Below the pieces are notes generated by a model. It had not been told where the DNA came from. It worked only from the letters and a program-made list of their open reading frames with translations, and ran no database searches. A program made the position numbers and the translations under genes. Shown here piece by piece: positions 1 through 25,618 of a stretch of DNA of 64,000 nucleotides (the first letter of the stretch is position 1; every line of letters begins with the position of its first letter). Source of the DNA: Macrostomum lignano (taxonomy: Eukaryota); the NCBI GenBank assembly GCA_002269645.1, contig NIVC01002245.1, positions 62,001-126,000 on the forward strand, given 5' to 3'.

Positions 1-2582
<2,582 letters not shown>

Positions 2583-3020
2583 ATATATACAATCTGTCAT
2601 AATCTACTATAATATAATATAATATAATTTGTATATAAGTTTTATATTATGTTATTGAATAAATTTTTCAACACAATAATTGCATGCTGTTGCCAACTGC
2701 TTAAAGGTTTACCAGATGTGTCCACTTAGCAGTTTTCCTCAGCGCAACCTCTTCATCATTCTCACAAAGAATCAGAGAAGTGCAGGTCACAGCCAAAGTT
2801 TTCCAAGTGCTCACAGATATTCCATGCATCTTGAAAGTTGACAGAGTTTATTTTTGAATAGTATGAAGCGCCATGCAAAGATCGGCAAAGTCTTCAGTCT
2901 CATTGGCATGCAGTGTCAACGAGCTGCCGATAATTACATGTATAAAATGTCTTCATCTTTTATAGGCAGCTGTATGAAGGACAACCCGCAGTCGGCAGAG
3001 CCTCTGAGCCCCGCCGCCGG

Positions 3021-3839
3021 TCACGGCGCCACAGCGCACGACACGCCGATGCTGCCGAGGCTCTGCTGCAGCTGCTGGCCGTCTTCGCCCGTCCGCCTGA
3101 GCTCCAAGAATGGCAGCTCCACCCTGGCCTGTCCCGGACACGGGCACCGGACATCCGGCAGCAGCCTGGGCAGCCTGGCGGCGTCAGCATTGATGAAGAA
3201 CTGAGGCTGCGGCTGAGCTCGGGCCAACTGGCAGCTGACGGGCCGGTAGAGCGCGCCGTGGCGGCCCAGCATGGCGTTGAGGCGGCGCAGGTCGGCGCCA
3301 GTCAGCGGCTCCGGCCGCGGCGGCCTCAGCGGCGGGTGCAGCGCGGCGCAGCCGGTTCCGTGCAGGCGGGTCACCAGACGGAGGCGCTGGACGCCGGCGC
3401 CGCCGCCGCTATCCAGCGGCTCCAGAGACGCCACGGGCAGGCGGGCGTTGCGGCAGCGGAGGTCGGGCCTGAGCTGCTCCTGTTTTGGGCCTGCTGTAAC
3501 TGGGCCTGACAGGCTGCTGGCGCACTGGCAACGCGCCTCGTAGCGCAGTGCCGGCAGCGACTTGCCCGAAGCTCCGAGGCTCTCCCAGGTCGGCGGTGCG
3601 AGCTGCTCCGGGCAGAGGCTCCGCAGGTTCTCCGCAAGCTGGTATTTGCTCTGATCCTCCACGCTGAACCTGCAGCCGGGCGGTCCGTTCATCTCCGAGC
3701 TGCTGTAGTCCACATAGCTCAGTCCGGAGCTCCCGGCGCCCCAGCCGCACGCGGCATTGGACAAGGCGGCGGCGATGGCGGATAGCTCTGCTGCCAGAAG
3801 CAACGCCAGCAGCAATGACAGAATCAGCGGCGGATGCAT
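3021..3839 (-). CDS. Secreted protein with two tandem IL-17/PTTH-trunk-like cystine-knot domains, copy 1 (272 aa, intronless)
   Basis: ATG at 3839 opens a signal peptide (MHPPLILSLLLALLLAAELSAIAAA). Domain 1: RSLCP..SLPALRYEARCQC..RCRNARLPV..RLVTRLHGTGC. Domain 2: VSC..FFINADAARLPRLLPDVRCPC..LPFLELRR..IGVSC. Both resemble the IL-17 RSL(S/C)PW..N.DPNR.P..L.EA.C.C..L..LRR..VGC pattern, but each has only one C-terminal Cys. Confidence 0.65.
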   Translation of the reverse strand: MHPPLILSLLLALLLAAELSAIAAALSNAACGWGAGSSGLSYVDYSSSEMNGPPGCRFSVEDQSKYQLAENLRSLCPEQLAPPTWESLGASGKSLPALRYEARCQCASSLSGPVTAGPKQEQLRPDLRCRNARLPVASLEPLDSGGGAGVQRLRLVTRLHGTGCAALHPPLRPPRPEPLTGADLRRLNAMLGRHGALYRPVSCQLARAQPQPQFFINADAARLPRLLPDVRCPCPGQARVELPFLELRRTGEDGQQLQQSLGSIGVSCAVAP

Positions 3840-4115
3840 CGAGGGTCGACTGTTGCACTTTGAATGATCAACTTTGCCAGAACTGCTGGACTTTTTATTT
3901 GGCTTCCAAGCTGGGCGATTGGACCGGCTGCAGGTGTCGCTATTAATATAAGCTCTGTGCCGCCCCCGGCCCAAAAAAAGTGTGCCGCCTCTGCTTTTGC
4001 TGCCCAACAACAGATTCATTCGTATTCAGAAAAGGAACCGGAATTACTAATTAATGTTAATTTTGATGCTATTTTTAGCTCCTTCGTGGCTTTTGTTTCA
4101 ATTTGCAGCTTCTGT

Positions 4116-5520
4116 TTACAGAATTTCTGATAGCAGCTCGTAGAGGCTTGCTTGCACGTCCCCCCCCCCGAGCTTCTTCACTGGCCAGCATTGGCAAATA
4201 TGCGCTGAAGGGAATTGTAGCATTGTAGCATCGCTGATAATGGGCATGCGGATGCAATGTGCCCTTGCTTTCCGCACTTGTTGCAGACTGCCTGTCTGAA
4301 TCTGCAAGCAGATCTCAGATGCGGCAGATGTATAGTGGCGATGGTTTTCTGAGGATCGGTAGTAACGTGCACGGATTCTGATGCTTCTTGAACGGGAGCC
4401 TTTTGGCTTGAGTTGCTCCAGGATCTTGGCCTTCATTGCTTCGTAGGTGCAGTCATTCGCGCTGATGTCATTAGGCTTCATCAGAGACTCAACTAGTGTA
4501 AGCACGGCAGATCCGCAGGTAGTGAGGAAGACGTCCTTTGTCTGCTCACCTCTGTGTGTCAGGTAGCTTTGAGGTAGAAGGAGAATCCCCTCCGGATATG
4601 CAGTAGCCATGTCTATGAGTTTGAACTCCAACGAAGACCCCATTTGGGAAGCAGGGCTGGCACTCGGGTCAGGAGCTAGCACGCCGGATTCGAGACTGTC
4701 CTCTGATTCTGAAGCCAGACGCTTGGAGGTAAGCATGTGACTGCTGCTGGAGCTGATTAGCTGATCTGATTGATCCTATGAAAACTATTGTCGAGATCGA
4801 ATTGCAGACACTTCCGGGCGCAGGAATCATTTATCCTGTACAAAATCCGATAATTTCATGCCCAATCGTGCCAGTGCTGAAGCCCGAAGGATCTGAAAGG
4901 CCAGTGCGAATATGCAGAGACTACTTAGTGACACTAAATAGACTCATCGATGCAAACTTCCAAACCTAGAGACGCATACCCACGAGCTACAGATAGCACT
5001 GACAGAGCAAGAAGTGATGGATAAGCTTCTTCGTGATATTCCGAATGTCGCTTCGTACCAGGACGATATTATGATCGGAACACCAGGTCTAAAAGAGCAT
5101 CATCGAGTTCTGTCACTGGTAAAGAGCCGATTGGCACAGTACGGCTTCCGAATCAACACCCGTAAATCGCTAAAGTGCAGAGAAAGTGTCAAGTTCCTCG
5201 GATTCATACTTCAAGAAGGTCAACTGTACCCGGATACTGCTAGGATAAAGGCTCTGACTGAGTACCGGAGCCAACGGACAGTGCTAGCTCGTACTTTCCA
5301 AGATCTGTCTTTCTCGCTGGATTGACGTGCAAATTCTCAGCACGCTCGCATCTTCTGTCTTCAAGGCTTGCAGAAAGGCCTTCAAATATGCTGGCTTGCC
5401 GAAGTTTAGTCTCAGACAGCGGAACCAATATGCGATCTGAAATTTTCTACTTTCTTCTTCTGTAACAGAGTTTCACCCACCGACAGAATCTCGACTCAAT
5501 CCTACTGGTTTCACTGAGGC
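4116..5520. mobile_element. Degenerate, rearranged Ty3/Gypsy relic (gag on -, RT and integrase fragments on +)
   Basis: Minus strand: gag-like [35 protein letters not shown] and CCHC knuckle [14 protein letters not shown]. Plus strand: RT PIVPVLKP..VRICRDY and YQDD (5014-5325); integrase GLP..VSDSGTNMRSEIF near 5390-5445. Stops and frameshifts present. Confidence 0.85.
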
Positions 5521-5929
5521 TGAATGCAAAGTCTTCAATGCAGTCATTTGTACAGCCGACTGAAACAAGATGTCAATCCAAGTTCAGAACTCAGTAGAAG
5601 CACCAGAATTCGAAAACCACCCGAGAGATCGATCGTATAGTCTCCTGGTGCATTCGAACTTTGTGAGCTTTTTGTGCTTCTGCGCACTGGTTGGTGTGTT
5701 ATGTACTGCCCATGGCTACTGTTTCCTGAGCAACGAAGACCCCGCTATCGTTGCTAGAACGATCTCGCACATCTCAAGACTTCGACTTCTTAAACTTATA
5801 ACAACAGCTTACTGTAAGTAGCACAATATCTCTACTTACTATAGTAGTGTGATGCGAATCTTAAAGCTATCTGTATAGCACAAACTCATGCTAGCATTCT
5901 TGTTATCACTCTGGTTTTCACTCCTATTG

Positions 5930-6075
5930 TCACTCCTGCTATCACTCCTGTTGTCACTCTTGTCACTCTTGTCACTCCTGTTGTCACTCTTGTCACTCTT
6001 GTCACTCCTGTTGTCACTCTTGTTGTCACTCCCGTTGTCACTCCTGTTGTCACTCCTGTGGTCACTACAGTTAGC
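5930..6075. repeat. Low-complexity 9/12-bp tandem repeat (CTCCTGTTGTCA / CTCTTGTCA)
   Basis: Direct reading. Confidence 0.85.
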
Positions 6076-6553
6076 AGTCCTAGTATCTCTCCCGCTGTCA
6101 CTCGCATTAGCATTCCAATCACCGGTAGCACTCTTATTGTCTAATTGTCGCTCTGTGTGGGCACTCCTGCAGGCTATTGATACTGATGTCACTCCAATTA
6201 GCACTCGGGGGTTGGTACTCATTGAAAAAGTATCTGAATGAACTATAAAATTAACCCCCTTTCTATGAGAAGTAAGGACGGATGCAACCAGCTAGTTCCA
6301 GAATCCAGAGTCCATATATTGTGTGTCAGAGCTCAGTGAATGTCAGTTTCCCCCAGAATCTCCGTTTAGAACTCCCTGCCCAAGAGATCGCAGGCTCTGG
6401 GCGGCATGTGTTGTCTGCATTTCCCGCAGCCAATGACAGGCTGACATTGCCAGCTGGGGCTGTTCAGCCGAGCCAGATATAAATGGCAGAAATTGTTGGG
6501 AACTGCTCGCGCGGATTCAATTCAATTCACTTCGATTCTGAGTTCTGAAAGAC

Positions 6554-14901
<8,348 letters not shown>

Positions 14902-15204
14902 TGTACATACGCTCGTAGAAGCATGAAAGTGGCTACATGGGAAATTCCATGGAACCCTCAATATCCGCACCTAAGGACACTACCAGTGTTTTTATTGATA
15001 TTGTTTTCCAAAAGCAAAAGTCTTGTTCTAAAAATATATCGAGGTGAAAAATTTGTTATTCAGCTTTATTTATGAGCAAAAATCAAATTAAAACGGCATT
15101 CAACAAGCTTTAGTCTCAGCTGCCCTGTTAAACAATGCATCAGGTTTGTTTGTCAGGACAACGGAAAATGGAAAGGAGGGGTCACAGAGCGAGAGGGCAG
15201 GGAG

Positions 15205-15636
15205 AGGGGAGAGTAGGGAGAGAGTAGGGAGAGAGTAGGGAGAGGTGAGAGTAGGGAGAGAGTAGGGAGAGAGTAGGGAGAGAGTAGGGAGAGGTGAGAG
15301 TAGGGAGAGAGTAGGGAGAGAGTAGGGAGAGAGTAGGGAGAGAGTAGGGAGAGAGTAGGGAGAGAGTAGGGAGAGAGTAGGGAGAGAGTAGGGAGAGAGT
15401 AGGAGAGAGTAGGGAGAGAGTAGGCAGAGAGTAGGGAGAGAGTAGGGAGAGAGTAGGCAGAGAGTAGGCAGAGAGTAGGGAGAGAGTAGGGAGAGAGTAG
15501 GGAGAGAGTAGGGAGAGAGTAGGGAGAGAGTAGGGAGAGAGTAGGGAGAGAGTAGGGAGAGAGTAGGGAGAGAGTAGGGAGAGAGTAGGGAGAGAGTAGG
15601 CAGAGAGTAGGGAGAGAGTAGGGAGAGAGTAGGGAG
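15205..15636. repeat. 11-bp tandem repeat (GAGAGTAGGGA)n
   Basis: Direct reading. Confidence 0.93.
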
Positions 15637-15783
15637 TAGAAGGGAGAGCAGGGGAGAGTGGGAAATGAAGGAAAGCACCGTGAATAATAAATAGATGAAG
15701 AGTTGGGAGATGCTGGGGTGCTGACTGCTGAGCGGTCTACAGGACAGCCCACAGTCGGCAGAGCCTCTGAGCCCCGCCGCCGG

Positions 15784-16557
15784 TCACGGCGCCACAGCGC
15801 ACGACACGCCGATGCTGCCGAGGCTCTGCTGCAGCTGCTGGCCGTCTTCGCCCGTCCGCCTGAGCTCCAAGAATGGCAGCTCCACCCTGGCCTGTCCCGG
15901 ACACGGGCACCGGACATCCGGCAGCAGTCTGGGCAGCCTGGCGGCGTCAGCATTGATGAAGAACTGAGGCTGCGGCTGAGCTCGGGCCAACTGGCAGCTG
16001 ACGGGCCGGTAGAGCGCGCCGTGGCGGCCCAGCATGGCGTTGAGGCGGCGCAGGTCGGCGCCAGTCAGCGGCTCCGGCCGCGGCGGCCTCAGCGGCGGGT
16101 GCAGCGCGGCGCAGCCGGTTCCGTGCAGGCGGGTCACCAGACGGAGGCGCTGACCGCCCGCGCCGCCATCCAGCGGCTCCAGAGACGCCACGGGCAGGCG
16201 GGCGGGACGGCAGCGGGTGCTTGGCCGGCTGCCCCTCCAGCTTAGAGCAGTCGGACAGTGGCAGGTGGATTTGTAGCGCCGGGTTGGCAGCGAGTTGGCC
16301 GGCAGCTGAGTCGTGAGCTCGAATTTGTCGATGCAGACCCGATCGGCATTCTCCGCCAGATTCGGAGAATTTCGCACTCTTTGGCTAAGGTTGCAGTAAA
16401 ATGTAATTGTTAATGTTGTAGTCTTGTAGTTGTCAAATCTCAGGTTCGCGCTCCCGGCGCCCCAGCCGCAGGCAACGTGCTCAGTCTCGGATCTGAGCTG
16501 CTCTGCCTCTAGTAGCAGCAGAAACGACAAAATCGAAGCCAAGCAACTTGGCGACAT
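15784..16557 (-). CDS. Secreted tandem IL-17/PTTH-like cystine-knot protein, copy 2 (257 aa, intronless)
   Basis: ATG at 16557 opens a signal peptide (MSPSCLASILSFLLLLEA). Shares ACGWGAGS and Cys positions with copy 1 (RVCI, SLPTRRYKSTCHC, RCRP). From ARLPVASL onward it is near-identical to copy 1. Confidence 0.65.
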   Translation of the reverse strand: MSPSCLASILSFLLLLEAEQLRSETEHVACGWGAGSANLRFDNYKTTTLTITFYCNLSQRVRNSPNLAENADRVCIDKFELTTQLPANSLPTRRYKSTCHCPTALSWRGSRPSTRCRPARLPVASLEPLDGGAGGQRLRLVTRLHGTGCAALHPPLRPPRPEPLTGADLRRLNAMLGRHGALYRPVSCQLARAQPQPQFFINADAARLPRLLPDVRCPCPGQARVELPFLELRRTGEDGQQLQQSLGSIGVSCAVAP

Positions 16558-17087
16558 TATCAAGCGGCGGTTGATATTTCCAAGGAAGATTGAGGTCTCC
16601 TGCTTGCTGGAGGTGCAGAACTGCGCGAGCTAAATAGTCTAATCTGCTTCCTGCTTCCTCGCAGCAACCAAAGCCCGTGGTAGTTTTGCAAATTCGGCAA
16701 GCGGGGCAGGCTAAATTCGGCTGCCATTCGCTGCGATCGGATGCCAAAATTAATCCTGCAGTCCCGACTTGGTGCTCCGCCAAGTGATCGGCAAATGTTC
16801 CAGGGGCCCTATCAGGGTAGCAACCGCATCGATTTAAGTTCCGCCTGTTATATTTTCGGATGCAGAGTGATCTAAATCGCTTGGCTGGAACAGGGCAGGG
16901 GCGGATCCGGGAGGGGGTCTTTGGGGACTGAAATCCCAATACTCACACAGAGTTCCATCCATTCACACAGCGCCTGCCTATTCCACACAGTACCCTCTTT
17001 ATTAAATCAGCATGCCCTTCGATTCACACAGCCAGCCTCTCAATTTACACAGCTTTTCCATCAATTCACTCAGCCTGCTACTTGATT

Positions 17088-17262
17088 AGACATTAGCCAT
17101 AGACATTAGCCATAGACATTAGCCATAGACATTAGCCATAGACATTAGCCATAGACATTAGCCATAGACATTAGCCATAGACATTAGCCATAGACAGTGG
17201 CAATAGACAGTGACTGGCCATAGACAGTGACTGGCCATAGACAGTGACTGGCCATAGACAAT
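17088..17262. repeat. 13-bp (GACATTAGCCATA) then 17-bp tandem repeats
   Basis: Direct reading. Confidence 0.88.
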
Positions 17263-17752
17263 TAATTAACACCTGAAGGTCATTCAGAGGCTCACATCTT
17301 TGCTTCCTGTGAATGTCTGTGAATGCCAATTCCTGTGAAAAGAGCCAAGCGCCTAACTCGCTACAATTACTCCCTCAGTTAAGTCGCAAAAATTTGATTC
17401 AAATTCAAAATTGCTGCAAAGCCTGTACTGCTGCAAGGTCAACGGCAATCGGCCCCATTAATACGTAGAAATTCGAATTTAAGCTGCCATCCCCCGCGGC
17501 GAATTCCCGGCCAGAGAGCGGGAAGTCCTCAATTTAGAATTTTGTCATCGAAAATTCTTCACCGCAGGACTCGCTCCTGATTTCTCGATGATTTCTGGAG
17601 AGCCTGCAGATCCCCGCTGAGCCCCCGGGGCCCAAGCCGAGTGGAGTATTTAAGGTGAGCCGCCAGCTGCCGCCTGCATTGCCAGCAGCTGACATCGAAT
17701 TTCTAAGAATTTCTAAGAATTTCTAAGAATTCTCGTTTCAGGATAAACAAAC

Positions 17753-18142
17753 ATGAGCTTCTCCTCCCTGCTCTGGATTCTCCTAGCCGTCTCCGTTGCG
17801 GCAGCAACTGCCTTCGGGCCGGCAGCGCAGCAGCAGCGGGATGAGCAGCAGCAGCAGCAGCAGGACGAGCTCATGCCCGCCGATTTGCTGCCGCTGATGA
17901 AGCCGTGGCAGCGGTGCCTGTATTTCTGCAACCACTGCTTCAAGACACCTGAACAGGTCTCTGCCAGTCTATTAGAGTTAGTTTGATTAACACCTGCCAT
18001 TAACACCTGCATCCCATCCTTCTTGCAGACTTCCGAGCTGCTGCACTGCGCGAACAGCTGGTGCCTCACCGACTTGGTGAAGTCGGGCGCCCCATCGAAG
18101 GAGGCGGTCAGGGCCTGTCCCATGATGCAGCTGCTGCAGTGA
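17753..18142 (+). CDS. Eclosion-hormone-like neuropeptide precursor (105 aa)
   Basis: Exons 17753-17956 and 18029-18142 (72-nt GT-AG intron, phase 0). Signal peptide, Gln-rich spacer, then C-x3-C-x2-C-x12-C-x4-C-x17-C (CLYFCNHCFKTPEQTSELLHCANSWC..C), versus insect EH C-x3-C-x2-C-x12-C-x3-C-x10-C. Confidence 0.65.
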
Positions 18143-18369
18143 CCGGCTGAGCTCAATATCGCTACTAATTATTACTGATAACTGATAAAAGGAATGCAAA
18201 ACAGCCTTTGAGTTCGAGTCAAAATACACCCTGACCTCTCTGAACTTTCAACTTTGAACTTGGCCTTGTGTCTTCTGTCTTTATAAATCATGAAGCAAAG
18301 CCGGAAGCATAGTGTAGGGAATGCTGAAGCGTCAAATTCAGAGGTTTAAAAGAAGCCTGTTGAAGTTTC

Positions 18370-18800
18370 GGGAGCTGGGTAAAGTTTCAGGAGCTGTTTG
18401 AAGTGTCAGAAACTGTTTAAAGTGTCAGGAGCTGTTTAAAGTGTCAGGAGCTGTTTGAATTGTCAGGAGCTGTTTGAATTGTCAGGAGCTGTTTGAATTG
18501 TCAGGAGCTGTTTGAAGTGTCAGGAGCTGTTTAAAGTGTCAGGAGCTGTTTAAAGTGTCAGGAGCTGTTTAAAGTGTCAGGAGCTGTTTGAAGTGTCAGG
18601 AGCTGTTTGAATTGTCAGGAGCTGTTTGAATTGTCAGGAGCTGTTTGAAGTGTCAGGAGCTGTTTAAAGTGTCAGGAGCTGTTTGATTTGTCAGGAGCTG
18701 TTTAAAGTGTCAGGAACTGTTTGAAGTGTCAGGAGCTGTTTGAAGTGTAAGGAGCTGTTTAAAGTGTCAGGAGCTGTTTGAGGTGTCAGGAGCTGTTTAG
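18370..18800. repeat. 19-bp tandem repeat (GGAGCTGTTTAAAGTGTCA)n
   Basis: Direct reading. Confidence 0.92.
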
Positions 18801-19524
18801 TGTCAAAAATAGTGCTAGAAACTAGTGTTAGTATCAAAAACAGGTGAAGTAGTCAGGAACAAACAGCCCTAAACCCAACCAGCTGAAATAATTATACACT
18901 GGAAGCAATAAATCATTTCATTAGCGGAATATAGTTTAGCAGACTAATGCTAAGGAGTCAATCAGCCAGAGAGGGCTTTGCATCAAACTGTGGATGACAA
19001 TATTTACTAACGAAAAGGGCTAATTGTTGCTAAAAATAGCATTTTGCACAATTTCTCCTGCAATGTTTTCAATACCCTACTGAATAAGTAGGCTACTAAG
19101 GAATGCGAATGAAAGATTTGACAACGCTAAAAGACATAAAAAGCAGAAATTATATCGAGAAATAAGGCCGAATCGCTGAATCGCTGAAAAGTGTCGGTGG
19201 CACTTTTTATAAATATAAGGCTATCAATTTCCTCTGAAGGCAGCCCATAGGTGCGAAATACATGTTATAAACTTATAGGATAAAACCGCATAGTAGATAG
19301 AAAAACACAGAAGATGCAGAAAACCTTTCTATAAAATCTAAGAAAATAGATTTAAATTTTAATATTAACAAAAGGAATAACGCCGCACAGACAGCTGTCA
19401 CATTGCTTTTGTACAGAAATTCGCTAATTTACAACGGAAATGTCAAAATCGAAACGCCAATGTGAATTTTAGATTATAGTTCTAAAAACGTATGGTATCT
19501 TCTGTTCAACCCTTGTTTAATACT

Positions 19525-19812
19525 TGTTGATTCCCTGTTAACTCCCTGTTGATTTCCTGTTGATTTCCTGTTGACTCCCTGTTGATTCCCTGTTAACTCC
19601 CTGTTGATTTCCTGTTGATTTCCTGTTGACTCCCTGTTGATTCCCTGTTAACTCCCTGTTAACTCCCTGTTGACTCCCTGTTGATTTCCTGTTGACTACC
19701 TGTTCAGTCCCTGCTCATTCTCTGTTGATTCCCTGTTGATTCTCTGTTGATTCTCTGTTGATTCCCTGTTGATTCTCTGTTGATTCCCTGTTGACTCCCT
19801 GTTGATTCCCTG
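19525..19812. repeat. 11-bp tandem repeat (TTGATTCCCTG)n, interrupted
   Basis: Direct reading. Confidence 0.88.
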
Positions 19813-20005
19813 TTCCGTATCTGATAAATCAGTAGTTGCATTAATAAGCAGTTTGCAATGCATTTGCAGAGAATGAAATATGCACAATATTGCCCAGAAA
19901 AGAAGGCACAACAGCAAAATAAACTCAACAAGTTTTTATGCACGGCGAATATAAAAATGAAGTAGCAAAAAAACTGATTCCTACGATTGCAGCTTCTCCA
20001 GGGCT

Positions 20006-23405
<3,400 letters not shown>

Positions 23406-23991
23406 TCTGAAAGGGTCGAGTCTAGATCAGACGCTACTTTAAATTTTAAAGAAAAATCTATTGTCTTTTATTACTGCATCATTGTTCAACAGTTTCACTG
23501 CGAATCTGCTGCGTCAAGTTAAAAATGCTAGATTAGATTATTCGATGTTTATAATTATAAAACATTAAAAAGGGCCGTTAAAATACAAGTCAAATATAAA
23601 GAACCAAACTAAACATAAATGATTTATTTTAGCTTTCAGCTTACTAGCTTGTAAAAAAACTACATCGAAATAAAACCAGTGGTACATACATTTTAATATT
23701 TTGTTAATGATAGTGTTTGGCTATTAAATATTGTTTTAATGCATCCAAACACTGACAAACCCTTTACTTTACACGGCGCCGTCATGCCCTGTAATCGTGA
23801 AGTTCATCAATCTGACCGTCTTCCTATTCTCTCTATAATATTAACATACATGTACGTAAACGTGCACATGTAAATGAAATGTTATTTAATAAATTTTGTA
23901 AACGTTACTTAATATTTAAATTTTCAGGCACTCAAAGAATCTATAGGGCTCGGAAATTTGCCAGTAATAGCTAGATAGGTTATCCACGAGG

Positions 23992-24150
23992 CAGTGGCGT
24001 AGCCAGGGGGCCGCGGCCCTCCCAATCGCCTGGGGGGGGGTGGGGTTGGGCGCGGCGGGTACCCAAAACCATGAGGCAATTGGGAGTGCCTGCGGCGCCA
24101 AAATGAGTGCCTGCGGCACGTACTCAAAGCTCTCTTTGAGTACGCCACTG
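23992..24150. mobile_element. hAT-type MITE, 159 bp
   Basis: TIR CAGTGGCGTA / TACGCCACTG; 8-bp TSD CCACGAGG at 23984-23991 and 24151-24158. Confidence 0.9.
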
Positions 24151-24275
24151 CCACGAGGCGCACTCAATGAGAGCTTGGGCGAGGCAGAGCCAAACTAGCA
24201 GTTAGGCACACAGAAGGCTGAGACAATTAAGACAATAGACGAAAGCAAGTACTGTATGCACGTATACATGTACTA

Positions 24276-25618
24276 CGAGGGGCATTCAAAAAGTTTTGGC
24301 AACTGACCTAATATCTCCAAAAGTACACCATATACCACAAAGCGTTGAAATTTTTTTTACGAAATCGCAGACATATATTGGTTTTAACCATAGAGTATGA
24401 CTTTTTCCCCCTCGAATGTGTTATACTTGCGCGTGGCCAACGCAATTGGTGGTGTTTTACACTCTGCCAAAAATGGAGCCAGTGCAACCAGACCAGTGGC
24501 GATTCTACGTTTTCATGCACTCACGACTCGGAGAAAGCGCGGTCAAAATCCATGCAAACCTTGGTCCAGGTAGTCGGGGACCAAGCCCCTTCCTATCGCA
24601 CGGTCGCCAGGTGGATAGAGTTTATCAACGCCGGACGGGCCTCCTTGAACGACGACCCCCGGTCTGGAAGACCCAGCACAGCTGTGACCGAAGCCAACAT
24701 CGCTGCTGTCAGGGCTCTGGTGGACGAGGATCCAAACATTACCGTCGCTGTGATTAGCGAGACTATCGGTATTTCCGATGGCAGTGCGCACACCATCCTG
24801 CACAGCCACCTGGGCCTCCGCAAGGTCGCCCGCTGGGTGCCTCACCTCCTGACAGAAGAGCAGAAGAGGGAGAGGGTGCGGTGCAGCCAGGAATTGCTGC
24901 GCAACTTCGGTCCAAGAGGCAGCCAGAGGCTTTCCGACGTCGTTACATGTGATGAGAAATGGTTTTTTTATTTTCAAGTGCCCCAGAAGATGCAGAACAA
25001 GGCCTGGGTGGGCTCTGGAGACGCGAGGCCGACTGTCCTGCGGTCCAGCTTTCGGTCCCGGAAGGAGATGTTCGTCATCTTCATCAGCACATCTGGGCCC
25101 GTGGCCGTCATCATGGTGCCTAATGGACAGAATGTGAACGCCAGCTTCTACTCCGGTACGGTTCTGCCACAAGTCATGGCGTCACTTCACGCAACTCAGC
25201 CCTCACGGCTTCAAGCTGGTGGGCGAGTTCACCTGCACCATGACAATGCGTCCAGTCACACAGCGGCCCTGACGACCAACTTTCTGGCAGTTAAAAACAT
25301 CAAGACTATCCGCCACCCACCCTACAGTCCTGACTTGGCTCCCTGCGACTTCTGGGTGTTCGCCAAGCTGACTGAACGGCTGGCAGGACGGAATTTTCAC
25401 CGATGCCAGGACCTGGCTAAGTGCATCAATTCAGAGCTGAAGGCCATACCTGCTTCTGAGTACCATGGCGCATTCGAAGCATGGATTCGGCAGCACCAAA
25501 AGTGCATTGAGAGAGGGGGAGACTACATTGAAGGATTGTAACATGTTCAGTTGTTCTTTGCAGTTACTGTTTTTTGATAGTTGACCATGAGTTGCCAAAA
25601 CTTTTTGGGTGCCCCTCG
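24276..25618 (+). mobile_element. Full-length mariner DNA transposon (DD34D), 1343 bp
   Basis: TA TSD on both sides; about 29-bp TIRs CGAGGGGCA(TT/CC)CAAAAAGTTTTGGCAACT; WVPHLL, TCDEKW, HHDNA and YSPDLAPCD with 34 residues between the second and third Asp. Confidence 0.95.
24473..25541 (+). pseudogene. Mariner transposase with one +1 frameshift near 24560
   Basis: The ATG at 24473 (MEPVQPDQWRFYVFMHSRLGESAVKIHANL) is out of frame with LVQVVGDQAPSYRTVARW..YIEGL; one extra base in GCAAACCTTGGTC. Confidence 0.75.

Noticed and set aside
3840-4019. N-terminal extension of the ligand 1 ORF
   Set aside because: The signal peptide starts at ATG 3839; the extension crosses AT-rich, TATA-like sequence and is absent from copy 2.
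5888-6241. Poly-Leu, membrane-like ORF
   Set aside because: Arises from 9/12-bp low-complexity repeats; no supporting gene structure.
24345-24560. N-terminal 70 aa of the 398-aa mariner ORF
   Set aside because: The HTH-containing N-terminus is in another frame, from ATG 24473.
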